A stretch of 63,814 bases of DNA, the filler included, from Lenisia limosa (Eukaryota; Protista; Breviatea), in the NCBI GenBank assembly GCA_001655205.1. It is 10 parts of 10 records of this genome, joined end to end, with 100 filler letters (N's around TTAATTAATTAA, not from the genome) between each part and the next. Parts side by side here need not be neighbours in the genome. Positions count along the whole stretch, not along the records: positions 25,015 to 50,235 come from LPNZ01007156.1; 9 more parts are not named here. The stretch is one strand, 5' to 3'. Under the pieces are notes generated by a model. It saw nothing but the letters and a program-made list of their open reading frames with translations. It was not told the origin of the DNA and ran no database searches. The number at the start of each line of letters is the position of its first letter. Positions within the stretch are counted from its first letter, which is position 1. Shown one piece after another: positions 25,210 to 37,117 of the stretch. The position numbers were made by a program, and so were the translations under genes.

Positions 25210-26800
25210 AATGCTACACACCCAACTGACCCATCATCAGAGTCGGGCTCATCGTCAATGAAAGCAGATCTGAGGGGAGATGGGCTACGTGAGACTTTAC
25301 GCTCTCTTTTTGGCTCCGGGGATGGCGACCTGTTGTGAATGAGCTATTGTGCTTCAGCGGGAGATTAAAAGTACTCACGATCACCAAACAGAAGATAAGG
25401 GGTATGGTTAGCAAGGTGGCGCAATTGCTCTCATCGAAACTTTTAATGATGATAACCCTACTTAAACACACCGTGAAACTTTTTTACTTGGCCGCTTGCG
25501 AATAATGGTATCATCACTGTCGCTGTCGGACTGCAGTGTTATGGGAGGATGATAGGACGACTTTTATCGCATTATATCAACATTTTAAAATAAAATAAAA
25601 CAAAAAAGCACCAAGAGAGACCGAAAAGAGGGAAAAGGTTAGTGAGAGAATAGAAGTTAAGGTCTGCAACTCACTTCTCCCCCTACCATTTTCAATCTCT
25701 TCTAGAAAAAAGAAGAAAGAAAATAATAAATGACAACAACAAGCGGAAAAGGAGGAGAAAAATTCTAAAAATTGGCTAAAAAGAGGGTTACGGCCGCATG
25801 GACCCGATTATTTGCTCACAACTGGTCGGTCAGTGGTTAAAAACACGTCACAAATAGCAGGCTTGCGTGGTGCCTGCGTCTTGTCTGTAGCTTTGTGGGT
25901 TTGTACAGAATGTGTATTTTTCTCGCTCTCTCAATTAAGTAATACATTTGCATTCTTGTTCTTAAAAAAAGTTGAGAAGCAGAAACCATTTTACGCATAA
26001 TCATATATGTGTCATAATCATTGCATATAGACTCAAAGACTGGTCAAATTAACTCCCAAATCACAGAAACCAATATGCATAGAAATGGAAACCACGCCTC
26101 TAACAAATACACCAACCATATACAACCCTCTGATTGAGGGCTATACTTTACGAAATTAGTTAATTGACACTTCAACTGTAGGAGAATCCTCTTCAATAGT
26201 TGCTTCTGCTTCAGCGAGACTCTGGGGGGGGGGCGGTAATGAAAAATTTATGACACAAAAAAGCCCAAATCGCAATGAAGAAAATACGATGATGTAAAGG
26301 TACTCATTGAAAATAGAATCAATAATCTTGCCACAAAAGAGAGTATACTCACAAACATGAGTACAGACAACAAATCAATCAACCAAAAACCAACCGCGTC
26401 CTTTTTGGGGTTCTCTGAAGAAACATGGTGGACTGAAAGGGTGTTGGGTTGATCCATTTTGGTGATATGGCTGTTATCATCGTCAACCTAGTCTCATTAG
26501 CAGCAAAGCGGCCTCATTTCAAAAGTTGCTAAACAAACAGTATCTCAGTCCCCCCCCCCCCCCNNNNNNNNNNNNNNNNNNNNNNNNNNNNNNNNNNNNN
26601 NNNNNNNNNNNNNNNNNNNNNNNNNNNNNNNNNNNNNNNNNTCAAAAGTGAGAATAGCGGTATTGCTCCCAAGCCCCGCAAAGAAGACCTGGGTGTGGAG
26701 GCGTGAACTAAGTATATTTGGATTAACTCGTGTAAGAGAGAAACTTGTTGGTATCATTGTGGTATTTGGCCGACCATCCACATCATCACGCTTTCACACT
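25210..26800 (-). CDS. low-complexity acidic/Ser-rich exons, probably the C-terminal tail of the LPCAT-like gene
   Basis: Exons RDDVDGRPNTTMIPTSFSLTR, ESLAEAEATIEEDSPTVE, SDSDSDDTIIRKRP, RSPSPEPKRERKVSRSPSPLRSAFIDDEPDSDDGSV; same strand as LPCAT, joins not all verified. Confidence 0.4.
26222..26275 (-). repeat. intron 3'-end repeat module A in a gene-dense contig
   Basis: Minus strand GCGATTTGGGCTTTTTTGTGTCATAAATTTTTCATTACCGCCCCCCCCCCAG|AGTCTC. Confidence 0.7.
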
Positions 26801-26849
26801 TAGACGAGATATTGGATTAACAAAAAATAGCAGTCATTTGAAGTACAAG

Positions 26850-29800
26850 GCTCGGAAACACACCTCTTCAACCACCCATCTGAGGGCGACAGCAGCCCAT
26901 GTGGGGTGAGTATCACATATGGCCGCCCTAAAGTGTCATTTCGAACCAAAACAACGTGGAGGAAATGCTATCGTACCATTTGTCACGAGTAATGGTAAGA
27001 GACTCGCCAAATTGGGTGGAGATCTCTTCGAGAATGTTCTGTTCGTATTTGCGGAGGGGTGTGGGGGAGATCAGTTGCTACAATATGAGAACTTGAACTA
27101 TAGAGATTATTACCAACATACCGCTTGTCTATGGATGCTCTTGGACCCCTTCTTAGCTCTTTTATCTGAACCATGCTGAAGGTGTAAATGCGAAACATAG
27201 CCAATGCCTACGGTCTCCGCGACGTTCTCCTGTGTAACCGAGGTGTCAGCACCCAAGGCGGTGGCGGAGGTCAGAACGGCCTCACAAGTGGATCTGAAGA
27301 TCGTTTCCTTTCCACGAGACAAGACGACGAACGAGGCATGAATCTAATAAAATCAGAGAAGTTCAGCTTCAAACTAGAGTTGCAACACTACGTTTCAATA
27401 GCCCACCATTTCTTCCTTTGAGAGGTGTTCCAGAGGATCGTACATCCAAGACATAGCCAAAGCAAACGAGCGGAAAGACAGCTCACCGCGTCTGCAATCC
27501 TGGGGTATATAACAGGTTGGTCTCACAGGATCATATGAAGCTGCGTTATTATTAGTTTATTTGAATCTCAGAAAGAAGAAAAGGGTCCACCTACCCATTC
27601 TGCTCTCTTCATATGAACACCCGGATTCTTGGACAAAGTCTTCATATACTTCTTCGCTTTTTGAGCTTGACGCTTCCGGCGCTATATCAGTGAGACACGT
27701 CCCCAGCGAGATCGACACATCCTTCTCCTTTGCAACAAGCCAACCTTAGCAGCGGAGAGGTCGGATTTCGGAACTTTGTGAATGTCAAAGACTTGGCGGA
27801 TCTGATGCGTTACTTAAACACCGCACAATAATATACACTTCTCTAATGTGCAAAGTTAACAAATAAAAGAAGATATCTGGCCGAAACACCATCAATTTAT
27901 ATACATGTACTTACCATGTTGGCAAGGCCCATGCCCTCGATGTCAAGAAGCCCCATCATTGATCGACAGTACTCAATATCGGCTGCTGATACCATTGGTG
28001 ACTCAATATCTCCGTCTAAAAAGGAGAGTCAGGAAGAATTACCCTCACAAATGACCATATTTATCACAAAAAATCAGACTCCATTTCTTTTATAACTTTG
28101 TAAAGACAAGTTCTTTTGGCTATCTCATTCCTACCATCTAATACAGTGCAGTCCACACCTAATACACGTGCAATATCCATGACACTAAAACGTAAGGCAT
28201 AGTAACCGGAGGTAAACTTACAACAAAAGAAAGTCCATTGTGTTTCTCGTTTTAGCAGTAGTCATACCTGAGGAACCCATGGCGGCGAGCGTCCATTTTG
28301 CTGAAGCGGCGAAGTAAAACACGTACGTCCTATTGAATGATAAAAGGAATACTATGAAATCATACAATAATTGGAGTGTCTGGTCAGGTGAGTTAACACA
28401 TGGATAGACAAGGTAGCAAAGGTCAAATTGCCATTGACCCTCTCACATCAGGTTCAAGTCCAGCGGTTTTGAGCTCGGCCATGACCCCTGTTTGCGGTAC
28501 TCCAGCACGGCGGTAGGCATTACGCAGGAAGAAGTCGGCATAGGTATGTTCAGTCTTCCCGTGCTGCAAAATGAGAAGATCGTTACAAAATCGGGTATTG
28601 GTAAAACACTGAAAAATACAACAGCAGCCAGGTTTGCAAACTTCATAAAGCCTGGCCATTTGGTATCTGACGTTGTTGGCGTAGAGATTGGGGTTATCAA
28701 GTTCATCTTGAGAAGGAACATACACAGGAAGGTGTGTGACCTATTTTGTGAGACTATTCTCACGAACAAAACATTTGTTATTGATATCATATATATAGAT
28801 ATGGTCATTCACCTTGACTCTGTTGTAGAACTGGGTACAGAGTCTGAAAATCATCATCAAGGGGTTTTGTTGAGTCCAAGAGGCGTCGTAGTGAGAGTTC
28901 GGGTACTGAATAACAATAGGGCGGACGGGCAGACCAATAAACGCTCCTGGAATAGTCAATTCCTTTGGTTGTGACAACAGCAAACCCTCCGCCCACCCTT
29001 TTTGAACATTATCATTTGCTGAGCACTGGTGGTAGTTCCTTCGGGGAACACCAGGACCGGTCGGAAGTTGCCAAGCTAAGTTGTTAACTCAAGTTTAAAG
29101 TAAGTGGCTAATAGCCTACAAATACATAAAGAAATGAAGGATAGCTTCACCATGAAAAAAAGGGCCACAAATTACCTCAGCTCTACGCTTGATCTCTTCA
29201 AGAACGTGTTTGCGGGAGTCATGGTCAGAGCGATCAACAAAGATGGTCTGAATATCATGACTACAATAGAAACTCGACAATAAAATATAATACAGTATAT
29301 GACAAATGCAATATACTATATGATATGATATGCAGACACAGTGACCGGGTAAGTCTTGACCAATTTTCCTTGAATAATCAGAGAACAAATCGGTAAAGAC
29401 TGTAATATATATGATATAATGATATATTATAATACATGTACATATATCATATGTAATACATGTAATATATACAATACATAATATATACATATATGATATG
29501 TGTGTGTGTCTAAGACCCTGAAACCTGAAGAGCCTTGGCTAGTCCTCTGACGATTAAGNNNNNNNNNNNNNNNNNNNNNNNNNNNNNNNNNNNNNNNNNN
29601 NNNNNNNNNNNNNNNNNNNNNNNNNNNNNNNNNNNNNNNNNNNNNNNNNNNNNNNNNNNNNNNNNNNNNNNNNNNNNNNNNNNNNNNNNNNNNNNNNNNN
29701 NNNNNNNNNNNNNNNNNNNNNNNNNNNNNNNNNNNNNNNNNNNNNNNNNNNNNNNNNNNNNNNNNNNNNNNNNNNNNNNNNNNNNNNNNNNACAAGAAGG

Positions 29801-30488
29801 CCATTGCTCCCCATTACCAGCGGGCAAGGAGCTAAATGATAGCACGTGTAGATAATGTCAATCCAGGAAACTAGACGAGTGAACCAGGGGGCCTAAGCGC
29901 AACAAAATTCGGAATAATGCATGACAACTCGCCGCTAAGTTGACACACGAGTATATCCATAATTTAAACGTGTTAAATATCAGCCCATTTTATTTCTTAA
30001 ATATACAAGACAGTATCTCACTAACCACAGTAATCAGCCATAAAAATATTCAGAAAAGAAATTAAATCGGCTCTCTCACCATGGTTGCTGACAATGATCG
30101 GAGCCTCCTCCTCTTGAGTTTGATATGTCACTTCGTGGGGCTTCATGTATCGCACTTGGACCCAGAAATATCCAAAGAAGAAGAACACCAAACGCCCAAA
30201 GACTCTCATAACGCTGATCAGAAACCTACGGAATCCTTTGATGGGTCGAATATTGACCTGTTCCCAGCTCAAGCCGGCAACAGCAAGGAGAGCAAAGATC
30301 CACAGGCCAAAGCCGAAGAACAGAATACCGGCAATGCGAATTGGAAAGACCAATATACCAAGGACGATCATTTTGAAAAGTTCCCATTGCTTATTTCCCT
30401 TTGAAACTGTGATAAATGGGTTGTAGGACTTCTGATTTATAGGGCTATGGCGTAAAGGAGGCATTTCAAGATCAGCCAGAGGGAGCAT
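26850..30488 (-). CDS. LPCAT: lysophosphatidylcholine acyltransferase-like protein (LPCAT1/2 type, EF-hand C-terminus)
   Basis: YNPF..., VFPIRIAG, APIIVSNH|VSWID (NHxxxxD), IFVDRSDHDSRKHVLEEIKRRA, PVLVFPEGTTT, GLPVRPIVIQYPNSHYDASWT, YVPSQDELDNPNLYANNVRYQMA, EF-hand-like RRFSKMDARRHGF and DCRRGELSFRSFALAM, ITRDKWAAICDTHPTWA. Confidence 0.87.
29341..29401. repeat. intronic hairpin element, diverged relative of 18077-18150
   Basis: GTGACCGGGTAAGTCTTGACCAATTTT...AAATCGGTAAAGACT. Confidence 0.7.
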
Positions 30489-30751
30489 TGCGCCCTGTTC
30501 GAATTACTTCCTCAAACTATATATTAATAAAATATAATAATTTTTCTGATTTCTGATGTTGTGTTTGACTAAAAAAAAAACTCAAATTAAAGAGGATCAT
30601 TGATCAGCGTTTTAAAACAAAAATGAAAAAATAGTGTGAAAATACTTGAGAGAATGAGAGAAAACTGAGAAACTGAGGCGAAATTGAACTGAAATCGAAG
30701 GGAGAAACAGAGAGTAACACAGAATAAACACAATATTTGTGGGCATTTGGA
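30489..30751. promoter_or_regulatory. putative bidirectional promoter between LPCAT and the membrane-protein gene
   Basis: 263 nt, AT-rich, between divergent ATGs; positional inference. Confidence 0.45.
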
Positions 30752-33700
30752 ATGTTCTCATTTCCAGGAACTCTTTGCATCCTTTTGGCTCTGCTGCTTC
30801 AGCAAGTAGTCTGTTACGATATCAAGGTCCACAAGTTAACAGATGAGGATGGTGGAGTTCGTAAATATCCGAGTTACATCTTCCGTTACCAAGACTTCAT
30901 ATCAGGGTTGGTCATAAAATAAATGGCGTACGTTAATAAATAGCTTTTGATTCTTATTAGATTGGATTTCTGACCAGGTTGTGTCATAGTGTCCACGTCT
31001 TCCTTTCATGCAACTGTCATTCTATCACCCATACCCTTCTTCACCCCCACAGAAGCCTCCCCCCTTTACCAATCTACACGTCCATATCCAGTGACGGATA
31101 TATGTACGTGGCATACACATCAATCAAGCCACAAGGAGTCATCCTAAAGGTTAATCCTGAGAATGGTAATCAGGCTGCTCGCTTCACCGTTGATTGCACC
31201 GAAGTAGGTCGGGTGACTCTTTTGCTTACGTTCTTCCCCAAGTGATTTTTGTCGCCCTAGTCGACTGTTTCACACACCTATAGATACGTGGTTTGGCATT
31301 AGAGGAAATTGGTGGCGTCAACAAGGTTGGTTATTTTTGTGTACCATATTCGGCCAGATACTACCTTATTTTTTATTTCTCATTGCTTTTTAGTATTATA
31401 TCATATATATGATATCATATATCATATAATATATATATCTATATATATTTACTCATTGATTATTGTTAGCGTTTTGTGTTTTATAGTCGATGGGATTAAG
31501 ACCTGACTGCAGGGGCAGCACAAGAAATCATCTGGCAGCTAAATGACCCTTTAGATCTCATTACTAGTCCGACGAGGGACAGGTTGTGCGGTGGGTGGTG
31601 GATTCGAATCTTCTTTAATGGTAGCTTTCGGATCCCGTTTCTTCATATTTATCAGTTGGACTTTTGTGATAGAGTAGAGTTGTTCACCTCCCGGCCCGTG
31701 TCCCACATGTGACACCCTTGAATATGTACAACTCAAAATGGAAGATGGCTCCACTATCACCCCGGGAACCCTGGTCGATAACAAAATCTATGACTTCAAA
31801 CTTGTGGGTTTTTGAACTAATTGCCAATATGCAACAAGATCCTGATGTGAATCAACGGGCGGTTTTGGACCTCTTTATTATAATTCAATTAATATAAAAA
31901 TAACAAACTTGGTAATCTAATTCTGAAAATCAATTATCTCGCAAAAGAGAGTTTTTTTTTTTCCCCTTCTATTTATCGTTACTGTACAAACTTAGGGAGA
32001 TAGTCGTCTGGTTTTTGGCCTAGTGACTGGTGGAGGCTATCAGTACACGGCGTACTACAAGGTTAGTAATCAGAAAGCATTGAAATCTGAGTGATTTGGT
32101 TTGACTTTTTAGGTTCATAGTATTTCGAATATGTGTTCAGGACTGGAACCTGGTCATGAAGGTGATTCTCTCAAAAGATGGGGTGAGTTTCTAATCAAGA
32201 TCATGACACATATTTCTTCTGAAGCTATCCGCCAACCAATTCAGATTTATCTGGTCCGCCTACATATGACCTTGCGGCGGGAGTAACGAACGGCTGGTGG
32301 TGAGGGGGTGGGAGGAATATGTATACGACTTATTTATTTTTTATTTCTCATTGCTACTAAATAATATGAAATATCGATATATGATATAGTAAGTCTTGTG
32401 CTTTATGCATATAACTGCTCAAGATACTCTCACATTTGTTACGATTCAGCTGGGGATGCAGCCACAGCATGGGACACACGGTGGCACACAATGATGTGGT
32501 TGGAAATTCTGGTGCCATATGTCTGAGTGACGCTTACCCTGGTGGGAGGCCTGAATGACATGATGGAAGTTTGAAATTCTCACTCCCCAGGCAAGGGCTT
32601 CTACTTCAACCATAGGACGAAGATCTACCTTTCAGATGGCAACATGGCGGGTAAAACTAATGGTGGAATAGGTTGGAAGGTGCAGCGCATAGGATGCTGA
32701 TCATTTAGTCCATGATTTGTGTTCACTCTCTTTAGGAGATCTGATATCTTTGGGAGATGAAGGATGGCTTGCTATTGCCTCCACTCCTAATACTGGTGTG
32801 GGGGTATGTGTTAACTTACATACTACTATGTAGTACTATATACATATGATATACTATTGCTCATGTTTTGCCAACTTAGCCAATCAATCAAAAGTGTTTG
32901 TGACAGTCCCATTTACAACCACCTCAGAGAAAAGCAAAGCCTATCCCGATAATGACTTGGTTCTTTTCCATATTGACAAGGATGCAACGGTAGCAGGAAG
33001 AGAATCTTGTTTCTCAGTTTTGTTGTCAATTTCTTCCTAACAACTTATCTTGACAGCCCGGTGACCCCATTTGGCTAACTGACACGACCGGTCGTCATGA
33101 ATACCCACATGTTATCAAACAGAAAGATAATTCATTCTGTGGGATAGGGGTCAAATAACACACTAATGATTTTTGCCTGACCTTCTAGTGGTGATGTGGA
33201 GAAAGAAAGTAAACACTGCGTACCAGTACTTCTTGGCACCAATGGCATCGGTATGTTATTATCTTCAGATTTAGATATGGAAATGCTGATTCTTAATATC
33301 TTATTCTATAAAACCGTCGGAATGGCTATTTTCTGGAATAGAATTAACTGTACTTTGCTATCCTGACTTGTCAGGATTATGTACTAGGTGACAGTACTGC
33401 AATTCAAAACACTGCGCTCTTTAGGTTCGTGAGAAATCTTTTATTATGAACTGCAATATGATCTTAATCCTTTTCGCATCTAATAATGACTATGCAGTGA
33501 AAGAGATCCACCAGTTGCACTACCCCATGGTGGTGTTGCATGGGCATTTCCCTGGACCTTTGATTCCGGTTTCCCCAACCCCACGTATAGCGAAACGGCT
33601 GACCTTTATATTGTCACAGTTGATGGTTTGTTGGACACTGGGAGTCATATCGGCAATCATGTGTCGTTGGGTAACACTTTTCAGCTAAGTTTTCCGATGA

Positions 33701-34496
33701 TGATGACTCTGAAAATGATCAGGTTTGTACACTTGCCTTTTCCATCCCAATTCTAAGAGTTTAGAATTCTGATGATGATGACGGAGGAATTATCAGTTCT
33801 ATTAGCCCTGGTGGTAAGAGGGGGGTGTGCATTTATCACAAATCAACCCTTTATCTTACCTCCAAGGTTCAGCAGGAAGCATCATAGCTGGGATAGCGGT
33901 TGTTGGTTTAATTGGAGCTGGTGGTGCGGCTGCTTTCATTGTTTATAAGGTCTGAACTAGATGACTGCTACCCACATTTTCTAAATAAGTGTTTTTGAGA
34001 TGATACTTCTTTGCTATTCAGGACAGCTTTTTGACACTTTTCAGAAGAGAAGCACCACTGCATCCCCAAGAGACTACGAGTTACATTCTTCCGCTGTTGT
34101 TCCTGGGGTATGTCCGTCTGGGTTGGATTCAAAACAAAGTTACACTTTAGCCATCCAAACCGTCTCGACACCAACCAGCACCAAGCCGTAAACCACCACC
34201 ACCACCTGCTAAGTCTTCGTTCAAACCAGCTTCGGGTAGGGGTTAACCCACTTTTAATGAGTTTCCCATGCTACAGGCCCCCCCTCACGTGCCCCTCCGA
34301 AGCCCTTCAAACCTGCTGTGGCTAAGGCCCCTCCCACAAGGTGAGGTTTTTAGAATGTTTCATCACCAAGATTGCTGGAATTTTCTCTTTTGAACTGATT
34401 CTCCATCCTGCTCATTTTTACAGAGCACCCCCGGGGCGAGCCCCTCCAAGGGCGTCTGGTAAACTGAATTCCAATCTTGTTGGAAAGTTTCAGTAG
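30752..34496 (+). CDS. type I single-pass membrane protein with Pro-rich cytoplasmic tail
   Basis: Signal peptide MFSFPGTLCILLALLLQQVVC; beta-rich ectodomain exons (SSDGYMYVAYT, YTAYYK|VHS, GHEGDSLKRW, WGCSHSMGHTVAHN); TM IIAGIAVVGLIGAGGAAAFIVYK; tail PPSRAPPKPFKPAVAKAPP...RAPPGRAPPRASGKLNSNLVGKFQ*. Confidence 0.75.
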
Positions 34497-34579
34497 AATT
34501 TTGGGCTAATATTATGTTTCTATGTATTGGGGTGGGGGTATATTTGGGTTTTTTTTTTTATTCATTCAATAATGTATTG

Positions 34580-35200
34580 TCAAGATGTCAGAAGATGGTT
34601 GAGAAAGGATGCAATTTCAACAGAGTTCGTCAGCTGAGTATATGGATACCTTAGGACTCCCACTTCCCAAACTTCTCTTACTCCATTAAATAGTTTTCAA
34701 AAAAAGAGATAACTACCAGTATTAAAACTCAATACTACCAAAAGAAATAGCCAGCAACAGCAACACTGACAGAAATAAAAACGGGTATGTAACAGGCTCA
34801 ACACAAATTTGTACAGCATTTGTACCTTGAAGAGTTATAAATGTTAAGGTTGACCCCTCTGTGAAGATTTTGGCTATTTCTAACACCTGATCGAATTGCC
34901 ATGGATGATAAGCATGATATGATGATGTGGGAGGGACGATACTAAATACGCAGGGAGGCTCCATATTTACCAAATCTAATGATATTGTGATAATTCATAG
35001 CTACAGTTGGAGAGGAGGGAGCATAGATATTGCTTTGTAACTCACAGCAGTAACTCAAAGGCGCCGTAATCCTTGCAATATTACTTTACTATGCTATTTG
35101 GAGTAATTCTGAGGATATTTTGAGACCAAATAGACCTAGATGAGCCAGAACTACACAACCTAATACAGCAACCAGGACACCAATGATATAATGTTATTTA
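34580..35200 (-). CDS. small hypothetical gene (start not located)
   Basis: Candidate exons IIGVLVAVLGCVVLAHL, YCKDYGAFELLL, VNMEPPCVFSIVPPTSSYHAYHPWQFDQVLEIAKIF..., GVREVWEVGVLRYPYTQLTNSVEIASFLNHLLTS*. Confidence 0.35.
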
Positions 35201-35428
35201 ATTTAGCTTTCATCAGCCTAATCCACTAGCTAATACCCGAAAAGAGAGTGCGTATTTTTCAGAAAAATGAAGGGATCTTGTTGATCAACTGCCCTTTTCA
35301 ACAAATTGTTTTCATTGAATTCGTAATTTTTGATGAAGTCAAAAGTTAAGTAGCGTTACAACCAGTCAGTTTTATATTCTCAGTTTAGTAGCAAACAAAG
35401 AAGAACAAGAGTACTGCAATTCGTCACA

Positions 35429-36987
35429 ATGTTTGGAAGAGGCTTTGGATTCTCCTGTGAGTTGCCTTTCTGTTCTCTTTTCAGTCTCATATTCATTCGT
35501 TTCCTCTTTCCTTCTCACTTCTTTCCTCAATGTCAATATTACTGACTGTAAACTTATATTTCAGCGTTTAACAATGACCCCTTCTTCAACGAAGATGAGC
35601 CCATTGAGAACATCCATGACGACCATGGCGATGAAATGGTACGTTTCGTCTAAACATTTCTGATAATTGGTCTTTGACTGATAAAGATCTGTACTCCATC
35701 AAGTAAATTAACAATATAGGGTGGTGGCTTTAATGATATGGAACAGCATATGCACCACATGCAGCAACAAATGTTCTCCCCCTTCTCCATGATGGGAATG
35801 GGAGGCATGGGCATGGGCATGGGAGGAATGGGCATGGGCATGGGCATGCCTTTCGGAGGACTGCTTGAAGGTTTTTGGGGTCTTCTTAACGGTTGTGTAA
35901 CTATTGATACTCTAAATTGTTTTTTTCATTTGGAACCAAGTTTCTGTTGTAATCATTTTATTATTCCCAATTTGGTTTATTAACATGAATGCTCATACAT
36001 GTAGGACCAGGCCGTAGGGGACACCGACACAATCAACCTCAGCAACACTACCAACAGCAGCAACAGGTGGAAGTTCATGAGCCTGGAGATGGTATGCAAG
36101 GATTCACCTTTTACATGCGCTTCTTACTATTATTGTGTATGCTGCTCTCATTTATCTTCCATTATTTTTCATTCTTGTTCACTTTTTAGAACGCCCCTCT
36201 CAAAGATCATCACGCCCTTCCAGCTACTCCTTCTCATCATACTCCTCATCATCATCCTTCGGCGGACCGGGTGGCTATTCCCGCACTGTAAGTGTCCATT
36301 TGAAGTGTGGCTCACCCTCAAGGAGACAATGTCCTCCCAAACCGGGCCTAATGGAGTGAGAGAATCCCGTCGCTCCCTTCAAGACTCTCGAAGTGGCGTT
36401 GAAAGAGTTCGCGTCGAAAGAGCGCTTGGTGACAAAGGTGGGTGGGGTGGTGGTCTTCCCTGTAATTCGTATACCATTAACATTTGATGGGTTCATGTTA
36501 TTCTTAACTTCTCAGTTGCTTCCATTTCACGTGAGAAAAAAGACGGGCAAAATATGAGGGAAGTGAGGAACCTCAAAAACATGGAGGAAGGTATGTTGCT
36601 TGAACTTGTGTAGAGTGTGTTGTGGCAACATTGTCATTGCTTAGATGACCTCAATGACTTCAACGACGACTGGAGGCGGGCAGCGGACTCGGGTCTTCCA
36701 TCACGTTCTGGCAGATCAAGACAGAGAATGCAGGCTTTGGTGGGTGGAGGCAAACCATACCGTATGGCTGAAATGATAACTTCCATTCTGCTAACACTCT
36801 AGCCCTCATCCAGACACTCCCGTGCTAGTGTAGAGGAGGCTGAAGACCACGAAGAGCATTCCACTGTAGGATTCAGCGTGTTGTTGAGTAATTTGGTTCA
36901 TTGTATGTGTGCTTTCTCTAAACATTTCATCGTTGGGGAGTGACTATTTAGAACTTCGGAGCGGCGGAGGTTGAAGAAGCCGAGTGA
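35429..36987 (+). CDS. MLF: myeloid leukemia factor (MLF)-like protein
   Basis: MFGRGFGFS, DPFF, Met/Gly-rich segment, SSYSFSSYSSSSS, ETMSSQTGPNGVRESRRSLQDSRSGVERVRVERALGDK, REVRNLKNMEE|DDLNDFNDDW match the MLF pattern (GG++ETRR+++DS.SG+E+M.IG..I.D+...F+EEW). Confidence 0.8.
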
Positions 36988-37117
36988 GTGACCCTAATTA
37001 ACTTATTATTCATTTTATCCCATCTGTTTCGGACATTGTAGGCATTGATATTGTGACAATAGTATACATCATAAATAAGAACACAGAAAAAGACCCAAGG
37101 CCTTAGAAATGAGATAC

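Noticed and set aside
29341-29401. Exon reading VFTDLFSDYSRKIGQDLPG within LPCAT
   Set aside because: The segment is an inverted-repeat element related to 18077-18150, and the flanking LPCAT exons already supply the expected conserved motifs without it.
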